This document shows positions 10,257 through 22,200 of a stretch of DNA of 64,000 bases, in pieces; the stretch's first letter is position 1, and each line of letters begins with the position of its first letter. A program made the position numbers and the translations under genes. Source of the DNA: Laetmonice hystrix (lineage: Eukaryota); contig OZ249436.1 in the NCBI GenBank assembly GCA_965235115.1, positions 37,760,001-37,824,000 on the forward strand. Direction: 5' to 3'. Below the pieces are notes generated by a model that had not been told where the DNA came from, made no database searches, and saw only the letters and a program-made list of their open reading frames with translations.

Positions 10257-13200
10257 CTGGATGACAAACACCGTCGGTATACTCATCACTTGGGGACATT
10301 ACACAATGACGTAATCTCATTACATAATGACCTTGACCTCAACCCCTTTATCCAGGAACAGCTATACATCACTTACTCATACAAGGACACTACAGAAAGA
10401 TATATAGCCCTAGCACTGATATTGGGAGACTCGACACGCATGGGCAACGGGACATTCAAGGCACATCTCCGTGGCGGCAGCACTGCCCTGCCGGTGTGCC
10501 ATGAAATATTGCAGTCATGAAATAGCCTAGTATACTGCAATATTCCACGGACTGCAATATTTCATGGGCCTATAGCTATGGAATAATGCCGCCTATGAAA
10601 TATTGCAGTCATAAAATGCTGCAATATTCCACGGATTGCAATATTTCATAGCTATAGCTATGGAATAATGCCGCCTATGAAATATTGCAGTCATGAAATA
10701 GCCTAGTACTGCAATATTCCATGGACTGCAATATTTCATAGCCTATAGCTATATTGCCGCCTATGAAATAATGCAATGATGAAATACTGCAATATTTCAT
10801 AGGCAGCAATATTTCATAGCTACAGGCTATGAAATAATGCCCGCTATGAAATATTGCAGTATTGCGTCACTGCAATATTTCATAACCAGCAATATTTCAT
10901 AGCTACAGGCTATGAAATAATGTAGTGACGCAAATGCTGCAATATTTCCTAGGCAACAATATTTCATAGTACACCGGTCCCTGCTGTAGCACATGAGCAT
11001 TGGTTTGGATAGGAGGCCGAAGTTCCAATCTGAGCAAAGAAGGCCGTAGCTGTAATTAATTTTAGTAAACAGAGGTATTACTGCAGAGACCACTTCACAC
11101 GGAAGTGCCAGATGTACGAGAACAAACTACCTGTCAGATTCCAGATATCAGAGAACCAGACTGGCCCAGGGCTCGGTTTCAGAAAGGTTAGCATCTTAAC
11201 TTAAGCTCTGCTTAGAACCTCTGATTGGCTGGTAGTCTGCTGCTCAGCTTTAACCAGCCTTCTTGGGACCTCTGATTGGCTGGTCCTCTGCTGGTCAGCT
11301 TTAACCAGCCTTCTTGGGACCTCTGATTGGCTGGTCCTCTGAAGATCGGCTTTAACCAGCCTGCTTGGGAACTCTGATTGGCTGGTCCTCTGCTGGTCAG
11401 CTTTAACCAGCCTGCTTGGGAACTCTGATTGGCTGGTCCTCTGCTGGTCAGCTTTAACCAGCCTGCTTGGGAACTCTGATTGGCTGGTCCTCTGCTGGTC
11501 AGCTTTAACCAGCCTGCTTGGGAACTCTGATTGGCTGGTCCTCTGCTGCTCAGCTTTAACCAGCCTTCTTGGGACCTCTGATTGGCTGGTCGTCTGCTGC
11601 TCAGCTTTAACCAGCCTTCTTGGGACCTCTGATTGGCTGGTCCTCTGCTGCTCAGCTTTAACCAGCCTGCTTGGGACCTGATTGGCTGGTCCTCTGCTGC
11701 TCAGCTTTAACCAGCTAATCAGAGGCCCAGACGGTGCTTACCTTCATAGAACCATCAGCCCCACACGAGAACATCTGTCTCTCGAGGCTCATACTGATCT
11801 GGGTTACTCCGGAGCCCATGTTACGGAAGATGGAGTTCTTGGAGTGTTCTCCTGGGAAGGAGTGCAACAGCCCTGGCGTCGACAGGCCCCACACCTGTAC
11901 AGGTAGAAAACACACCTGACATTCCAAACTGTCTATGGTTCACAGGTACCTCATGTACTTTGGATGATGTAAAGTTAGGTGGCAACCATTGTCTACAACC
12001 TTGACCATGATAAACTCTCCTCAGACTTTGAAAACTAAGGAAATAATCAGGAATGAGACAGGTCAACAATGAAAAAAAGAGGAAAAACTTTATACACCCG
12101 AGCTGTACACCAATCAGAGATGATACTTTTGGTTGAGAAAAAGGCGGAAATCTACAGATCTATTATCATGAGCATAATATAATTAGAGGAAGTTTGATGA
12201 ATGCTTAATTATGAGAATAGATTCTTAAGTTTCATCCAGGCTCATAGAGAAATTGTATTAATATCACTTAGGTACAGAGGTTCAAAACAAAACAAAATCC
12301 ATGTTTTCTTTAAAGGCCCTGCTCTATTCTGCTAAGTTACCTTGATGTCCCCATCTGCAGATCCTGTTACAAAGAATTCTTCAGTTGGGTCAAGAGCCAA
12401 GCAGCGTATGGCCGAGTCGTGTGCAGTGAATGAGTGTCGAAGTTGACGCTGACGAACGTCAAACAGACTGACAGTGCCTCTCTTGCCGCTACTGATGAGC
12501 ACCTGATGTTGGGGGGCATACTGCACTGATGACGCCCCCTCGCTGTGACACGAGAAACCTACAATACCCAAAAACCCTTATTATTTACATGTCCCGTATT
12601 GAAAGCTCTCGGAGTCCAAAGTCCTAACCTTCAGTTATCCAACATCACAGCAAAAAATATCGCGTCAAAGACACTGCGGAGTCAGAATGTCTCAATATAG
12701 TAGTATGACACTATTTCATAAATTATTATTTTATGCACAAATATGACAGCTGGCACGCCACACTGTAAACTCTGAGACAAGCTCTGTTAGTTACGTGAGG
12801 TAGGATGAAAGCATACCGTGAACCAGTGCCGACTTCTGTGGCAGCAGCGTGTCCCATAAAGCAATATTCCTGTGATCACTGCTCTGGCCAGCTGAGGCCA
12901 AGAAACTCGACGAGGCAATGAAAGTGAAGTCTGCCATTGTCTTGTTGTGACACTTGAGGTTCTATTGCGAAAAGAAAGCCATACAAAATTACTGGTAATG
13001 ATTTTTAAGGCATTTGAGGTATTTGTAACTAGCTTACACAACATCATGGCAAACCAATGGATACACACGTACGGTATAATACGGTTCTCCAATCTGCTTC
13101 TCTTACTACATGTCGTTACAGTGGCCCAAATTGGAGTGAAGATTTACCAGAGAGACAAAGGCCCCTAGTGGGCACACTTACCAAGTAGGGTCTGTTCATG

Positions 13201-16200
13201 TTAACCCCTAACCCGACCTGCCATAGACAGAGTGAGCCCTCGGCATCGCTCACTCCAAACTGAAAGCACACAGCAGACTCAATATCACCACACATCCTCT
13301 ACCAAAGAGTGAAGGCAAACTGCCAAAAATATCTTCAATAGGCATTCTTAAAACACATTTAGTGTATATTTCCTAGTGAATTGAAGAAGCCAATTGTCTT
13401 TTGCCTGGTTTGTTTTGTTTTTGGGACATTAGCTACAGGAAAACGATGATATTTGTACCTAAATTAAGGTATAAGATGAATATCTTATCCGTGATATGTT
13501 GGCCAACAAGCAGATGGTCATTTAAGATGTAGAAGTATTTTTTCAAACTTCTGGCAAATTAACCTTCCTTTTAACAATAAGGTCTATATAAGCCCACCAG
13601 AAAATACACAAGGAAATACTTTAGATCAAATTTCCTCATAATTCATCTGGTCCCCTAGTTAACCCATCACTGACCTTGTTGCCCTGTGCATTGAAGAGGA
13701 CGCGTGTGACTTTAGGGAAGGAGCCCGGTTGCCTAGCGACCGTGATGCACTGGCTGTGCCCCCATTCCCATAATCCTACACTGCCGTCTGTCGACCCGGT
13801 CAAGTCTGAATACATAACATTCAATGTTATATACAAAACATCAATCTCTTCAAATTAGGTTAGGAAATCTGTAACCTAATGATATCCACAATATTTCTCC
13901 CATTTTTTTAAAACTTGCCTTAGTATGAAAGCTGAGGACCAAACATGATTTACTAAGAAGGTTTAGAACTATTGTCCTGATATCAAAGTATGGTCACTCC
14001 TCAGAAAAGATGGAAATGAAAACTATAAATTAATGAACATCTATAAAACTGTGAGCATAAATCGAACACAAATGAAAGTCTAAATTCACTGTAAAATGTG
14101 TTATTTTTATCTCACAACATTAGAAATACCAATGCTGAATTGTGTAAGGGAGTGACATTATAGCTTACAGTAGGGGAGGTGTGGGTGGGCGCCCATTCTC
14201 CGCACTCCTGTCACCGATCGTTTGGTTAACTGCAACAACCAATCACAACTCAGCTTACAAAATCATACACAGGATTTTATTCTACTAACCAATCAGAATG
14301 TGGGCAGACTGGTTTGACGCCCTTATGACGTCATATTTGTGAGTAGATCGACTGACAATTATAGCCCTCAACCTTATTTTGTCCTGTCTTGATTTGTCTA
14401 AAAACTGTTAATTTCTGGACAGTAGATTATGTTTTTTTATGATTGAGGTAATGTTGCTATCATATTACAAATTGTCTCAGGGAGATTTAAAAACTGGTAC
14501 AATAATTACTGAATACCATTGAGGAAGTCACAATGATGAATACATATGTACCCTGACACAATTAACCCCCTGCTCGGACTAAAGCTCTTCATTAGAACCT
14601 TTAACACATAATATTCTGAAAGCTAAAATGAACAATAACACAGGGCATGCAGATGACATCTGGACTGGTGTGCAGCAACAATTTTCTATATGTGAGCATA
14701 TGAGAAAACATACAACGGCATAAAATCATCTTGGATTTGGATAAAATTTACGGGCAATGGAGCTGACATTGCACTTAATGCGTGGTTTGATGAAGAATTG
14801 AATTCACCTTGTACTTGACACTTGTAAAATAAACCAATGCTCTAACTCTGGGGTTGGCTTTATCCAGTGATAAGACAGTGGACATGGATTTTATTTTTTG
14901 GTATTTGTACACAAGGTCCCTTCTCAGTTTCTTTCTAATTTGGACCCAGTATGCTTTAACATAGAGCCCATCATTTGACAAACTCTATTAATATTCTCTG
15001 GTAAACTGTCTACATGCACGAATACAACATGAACTAAGGGGAAATCAATAAGCATAATGAAATTCATCAAACTGTGCAAATGACCAAAACACACCTCAAT
15101 CTGCATATTAGTTAAAAAACAACTAAAAAAAGAGCTCGGCCCCAACTTGCACTTGGCTACGAAAATATGGTACAGGCGACCCTGATCCTATCTAAGGCTA
15201 AAATCTCTCTAATATTATTATATCAAAACACAATAAAAACAGTACAAGACACCACCCAATAAACAGCATACGGATGGACAGTGAACATAAAACTGCAATC
15301 AGGAGGCGGGAAAATAAAACAACATTAAAGTGGCCGTCTTGCTGAGTGCTACGAGAAAACAGTAGTGGGTTACAAGTTGTAGTATACAGAGTGGATGAAG
15401 GAAGAACGGGGGAGGGCGGTCAGAGGTAGCCCTGGGGCCGGCAGCGGCCATGCTGACTCACCAGGCGAAGGAGACGGCGACTTCGGTCAACGATGTAATA
15501 AGAAAAGTGGGGGTTGCTGATACCAGGGATGTTGAGGCCTTTAATCTGAGAGTTCAATGTTCCGACACCAGGGGCAGCATAGGGCAGAGAGGAAGAGGAA
15601 AAAACAGACCAGCAGCATGAGAAAAAAGTTCATACCTCTAGCTTAACTGTTTATTTATCTAGTTTTTTCCCATACCATAACGTTACAACACTGTTCTGAA
15701 GTTTGGAAAAATTAAGTGATAGACGAATTTATTTTTTTTTAACCAAAGTATTTGTTTTTTTACTGCAATTCTTGGATTCAATACTACAAGAACGAGTCTA
15801 CTCAGTTCAGGGAACATCACACAAATATCTTTAGCATGAAATCTTGGTTATAACTTCAGAAACAATTTTTGGCAAATACTGAGAGTCTTCCTTGAAGCAT
15901 TAGACAGCAAAACGGGACCTGTCCATTGTGAATTTCACAGCTGCAATAGCTAAGTTATTAAGTAAAATAGGCATTTATCCCTAGTCAGATACTGGTAACA
16001 TACAAACATACCATCATTCATACACATGGTGGCCAATCAAAGTAGTCAGTATTGTAAATAATCAAACATATTTCATAGAGCACTAATTTGCATGATAAGT
16101 GTTTTAAAACGACAAGGATTTGGTGGGAGCATTGCAATATTTCCAGTGAATTTTCGAGTACAAAAATTATACTCAGTAAAATGAAATTTAAAAAAAGGGT

Positions 16201-19200
16201 CAATGTAGAGCTGCACCAGACATTCTGGTTACTGCAAATACATAAATGTTATTCACATCAGACATGCTGAGTTATTATGTGTTGATCTGCAAGCTTTACC
16301 TTTTTATGATTATTCTGAAATGTTGAAATAAAAATCTTATGAGTAACACGTAGGGACGCTAGAATTAACTTCTGAAATGACTTGATCAAAGTAGGAAACA
16401 TTTCATGTCATAATTTCAGTTGTTTGTGGATGGCAGATTTGGTTGGACAGCGGGGTTAGGAAAAGATTGGCAGGAGTAAGAAGTCACACATCTAGGAGAA
16501 CTTAGATCTTACACCGAAGAATGAATATATCCCTGACGATTCCTTCTGAAATAACTGACGGAAACAAAAAAGCCACCTCATTATCATAAATTCTAACTGG
16601 CTCGCGTGAGGGTACAAGATGGTGAATCATTCCCCTCGTTTTCTCAAACAAAACTTAAGGCCATCTGGAGTTGATCTTTTTTCTAACTCTCACCAGTCTC
16701 ACCTTCAAAAAAACCTTCAGCCATGACAGTTTATGATTTGTCAAAAATATAATAGGAGGTTTTTTCTTTGATTGTTATATAGAATATACCAGATCCTAAA
16801 ATAATTCTCCTTTCTAAAAAAGAAATGAAAAACCATAAAAATAAAATACTGGGGAATAAATTGGCCGGGTGTGCTCGGCTCATTCAACAATTATCACTTG
16901 TGTGAACAGACAAGAAATTCCAGTGCACTGAAACCAAAAATGCAGTCAGTCACCCGATGATTGGCACCATCATCCTTTATTGTTTTATGCAAACAGAAAA
17001 CCAAGCTGTGGACGGCAACAGACGTCTGTAGACATTTCACCAATGGACATTTTACCATTATGCAAAGATTTAAAATGTATTTGACAAAAAAGCCTGTCAA
17101 AACTGAATCCTTTAACGGTAACTTGTATAGATCATTAAGATTACGGGGTTGCCTCCTAATTTTGCTATTAAAGTTGGCCATAACTTAACAACGGTAATCC
17201 AGCACTGTCACCCAGTAATACCTCATCTCAAAAGGTTCTGCACGAAGATCACCCTGTCCCTTTTCAATCACTTTTACATATTTCTCAAAATTCATTGAAA
17301 CTTTACTCATTGCTGAAACAGATTTAGTTGAAAATCATTTGATTGATCTAATTTCAGAATATTCTTATGACTCAGTCCAAATAATTTATCCTCATTCATT
17401 TCTAGTTACCTATCCTAACCCACAACTTTGTTACAGCTAAGGTTTTAGAATCTTGGTGAAATGTCCACCGACCTATCCAAGTGTCCCAGCCTTATGTCAG
17501 GATGTATGAGTGATAATAGGGGATACAGACCACTCCACCGCCACGTCCAGTTTGTCCAACTGTGTGGGAGGTCGGGGCAGGCGTGACCCCAGGTGCCGAG
17601 GGAGGCATGTTAGTCCCTCCGACACCTCCTCCCAACATGGCTGTAAACTTGTCCATTGGCGTCGATACCAGGAGGAAGTCGTCCGCCTCTAAACGGAGTG
17701 GGCTCGGGCTGCAAACAGAAACATAGTTATGATTGTTACTTTTTTTTATCTAGTCATTTCATAATGTCATTATTATATTCTACGAAGCTGTATTAGGGCC
17801 ATGGCGTACGACTTAGTTACCCGTACGTACGACTTACTAACCCGTATGTACGACTTAGTAACCTGTACGTACGACTTAGTAACCCGTACGTACGACTTAG
17901 TAACCCGTACGTACGACTTAGTAACCCGTACGTACGACTTACTAAGTCGTACGACTTACTAAGTCGGGTTACTAAAAGTCGTACGTACGGGTTAGTAAGT
18001 CGTACGTACGGGTTAGTAAGTCGTACGTACGGGTTAGTAAGTCATACGTACGGGTTAGTAAGTCGTACGGACGGGTTAGTAAGTCGTACGTACGGGTTGC
18101 TAAGTCGTACGTACGGGTTGCTAAGTCGTACGTACGGGTTAGACTTTTTTGTGATTTTTTTGCCATGGCCCTAATACAGCTTCGTAATATTCTGATAGTT
18201 CATTCAGTTTTAAACAATTAGGGCCTGCAATTAAATGGGTCATTAATGGAGGCTGTAGTTCTGGGTAAGACTAAACCACAAAACCGACTGAAACCGAGAT
18301 GAAACCAACCGAAACTGCTCCTTGCAAGCGCTAAAATCGCATCTATTACCGATTAGGTGTATACTCTTTCTCCGACATATGGCACATGTGTGCAATTTCA
18401 TGCATTTTTGCCTAGGCAATTCAAAGAAATGTGACAAAGACTAGTTAAACCTGGTTTGCGCCTGGTTCACCAGGGCCAGGGTGCAGCACCCGAAGCGGGC
18501 CCTTGACAGCTCTGACAAGAGCAGCAGAGTCGGTTTTTGTCGTATTTCTTTTAATTGTCTTGGCAAAAATGCACTGGCCAGTTTCAGTTGGTTGAGACTC
18601 GGTTTTGGTCGGTTTCATGGTTCAGTCTTACCGGTGGTTCTTTACCCTGTCACTCTATGTTATCACTGAGTATGTACAACGGTAGGATCAAGATTCCACA
18701 CATTAACTCCTACAGTTTGCTGACATTCCGAGGGATTAAATGTTCAATGATCAACCTTCGTATAGTCTCGATGTCATATTCTGTCTCGTCCTCCAACCAC
18801 TGTGGAGGGTGCAGAATCCCAGCCACATCCATCTCCACAACCTCTTTCTGAGTGGCCACTGATATACAGTTGAGATTGGCCTGCAACAACAAAATATCCA
18901 ATCAAATACTGGCTGGACAATTAACAGTGCAGTCCTCAACAACACCTGCCGTTTCCTAGAAGGCAATAAAAACAAAAACAACCATCAGAATGGAACCAAC
19001 CGTCAAACATCCTACGTGTACTATATACATGTACATTTCTGTTTGTTCTTATCTGCATATCTGTGCATGGTGGTTTTACAATCTGTCTCACAGGGAAATT
19101 GTTTAACTATGTGAAACTGTTTTCTGAATCTCAAGGCTAATATATGGCATATTATATTAGGTTCAGAACAAAGTCTTTATGCAAAGTGGTTGAGTATATT

Positions 19201-22200
19201 CGGATTATGTATGTATTTTGCTTGGTATCTCATTCTAAAATTAATTTGCAATTGAAATAAGTTAGTTTTTCATGAAACTAAGGATAGAAGGAAGTGAGAA
19301 GATTTGGGATGTAGTTTCCATTGGTAGTGTTACAATACAGTACAACATCAATATATAAAGTAAATTAATCAAATCAGGGGCAAACTAAAAGTCCTGAGAT
19401 CATGAGAATTATTTCAGAATTTAAAATGGACTATCACAATCTAGTTTACAACACTGATATGGTTTTACAGTGCCAAACATATTAAAAAAAACCCCAGAGA
19501 ACTCGGTAACTACGTATCTGTTTTGTCACCTGAATGAACCCCGTTCATTACAACCAGTCTGATACATTGTGTCGAAATGAGTGGGCATCTATATCATAGA
19601 CAAATGTGGTCCCCCAGGATATGGGAAACATTGGGTCTGGGTACACAATGGAAGTGTCTGGTTCAGGTTTGTCGTCACTAGAGTAAACTGGTGAATTTTG
19701 TGACTCCAGATCACATACAGTCACTGGAAAGATGTACCATATTTTGTTGTTTTCGTAGCTGTTATTGTTTTCAACTGCTAATAAGAAAACAAAGAAGCAA
19801 TAGCGCATAGCCTTTTTTTCTTTGCTCATAGCATTTCCATGCCAGCCTAGGTAAAATTTGCATGATAATGACTGATTGCATATATATGTTCTATACACTA
19901 TATAAATATGAACAAGACCTCGTCAGAGTCACAGCCCCAACTGAGTGGGGACTAATTATCTGTGAGTCCAGGAACTATTGGGGGGTATGCGTACTTTTGG
20001 CATGCATGTTGCCCCTCGTATGCCTTCTCCTGTCACCAAGAACGAAATCCAGACAATTTTGTCAGATTTATTGCTTCAAATTTCTTTATATCCAAGATGG
20101 CCACCAAGCGGCCATTTGTAATGATATATTTGACCTGTGTCCTTCTTAGACTGTCCCTGGTATATTATGTTGTTATCTTCAACTGGTTTGGAGGTACATA
20201 TGCATGACCTTGATTGACCTTTCGAGGTCGGTCAAAGTCTTGGAAAATGGCGCCAAACAAAAGTTCATTATCTGACTTCCTATCTGTCATTAATAGTAAC
20301 TATTGCATTATTACACCGTTTTCGAGATATGGGCCGAAAGTGTTATTTGGGTGGTAAAAAAAACAAATATGGGCGCCATATTTGCTCTGATCTGAGAATA
20401 CATTGGCATAAACATTGCTTCTTATATGCACCTTCTGTCCACCAAATTTGAAAGAAATCAGGACCGAGTTATTGCTGCAAAGGTGTTTATATCCAAGATG
20501 GCTGCCAAGCAGCCATTTTTAAAGATATCAAAAAATTCTTCGACATGCATCCTGCCACGAAAGTACCTTATCTTGTGTTAAAATATGAAGAGGTTTGGAC
20601 AATGCGTTATTGAGATATCAGACGGACGGACGGCGTGACGGACGGACGGAGGGTAAATTAGAAGCTCCCCTGTTGGGGGCTAAAAAACAGCGAAAGAAAG
20701 CGACACCAACATTAGCTGTGGATGGGAGGACAAGGCCTGAACTACATGCTCAAAACATCAAGGTTACAGGCCAGACAGAGATGGGCCCTACCATGCCATG
20801 CCATGCTCATCTACGCTTCATACCAGTGTCCCACTATCCGTCGTCATTGTCAAAACCATTGTCCAACGCCAGAGCTTATATGGCTGCCCTTATTTACACC
20901 TTATTATCTAAAAATCACCACCAACTAGGAGGTATAAACCAGCGTAACCCTTCAAATAAAACAGTCAGGTTCTCGGATGAAACAGCTGAATGCTGTTTGA
21001 GCAGTAAGCAGCAATAAAATAATAAATATGCTTAATAAGTCTTAGATCTTTCCGTACAGCCTTTCTTGGCCAACAAACATACTCTGGCAACACTGATACG
21101 TTGACCTGAGATAAATAATTGCACTTATAAATAAAAAGCTTAATGACTGTCAACAAATGAGAAAGTGACTCTTTCACACAGGTGCTGTTGCTATCAATAA
21201 CCATCGAACAGCACTGCTGTGACATTTCTGTCGTGATCGCAGTCGTGATGAAGATCTCAACATTCAACCAAAGGAGATGTGAAGCTAGACATGGGTACGT
21301 GTCATGCAGTCAGATACGGTTATATGGACCAATGGGTCAGCATATATAGGTAAAGTAAGGTGTGACGAATATTAGTGGCTCGTCCCCCAGCCACACTCCC
21401 TTGGTTCGCTCCGTAACCTCTAGACACATCGTTTCTTTGTGCTCGTAAAACTAGGAGTAGGACCGCTCCATGTTATTAGAGTATGGTCGGATTTGTTCAA
21501 TCTTGTCGGGTAGAAAATGACAGTGTGGTTGTTGCGTGGTAGTGTGTGTAGGAGGGAGTTTGGCTGGTAGGGGTCGCCACTGTATGTAGACTTTGTGTGA
21601 GAGGGGAATGCGCACCCGAGCCGGTCCGTCCTGAGAGTTGCCGCTAGAACTGCCAGGGTGGTGCACTGTCCATGCCCCCACATACTGCAACAAGACAACG
21701 CGCCACGCGCATCACACGTGGGAACACAATCACATGTGTCGTACAGACACGGCAGTCACCACCGTCTACCACCAACTACGCGCTATATCACCAGGGGAGA
21801 GAGCTCCTGTTTGCCTCCTGATGGCAGGGGATGGGACGACGGGGAATCTACATTGTCCTACACAAGCACAATCAACTTATTTACATGTCTTGTTGAAATT
21901 TTAAGGTGCTCAATTAAACAAATCAAAGATAATTATTTTTGTGGACAGCCCTATACTTAACGTAGTGGTATAAAAATTTATCTGAATCTATCTTATCTTA
22001 TTTTTAAAATTGGAATTTGTTCTACCATGAGAATTTGAGAGCTGTTGAACTCAGATTCCTTAGAGACAGTTTGAAAGAGACCGATCAGACCTCTAGAGAT
22101 CAGAGCTAGTAGCCAGATCATCCTCGACAGTCTACTGTATGTATCCCAGACTTCCAACCATAAAACAATGTGTTGTTGATTGTGGACCTACACACCCAAG

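Noticed and set aside
17224..17241. Further AG..GT-bounded micro-segment in the microexon-rich intron
   Set aside because: 16 nt with an in-frame TGA; most likely chance.
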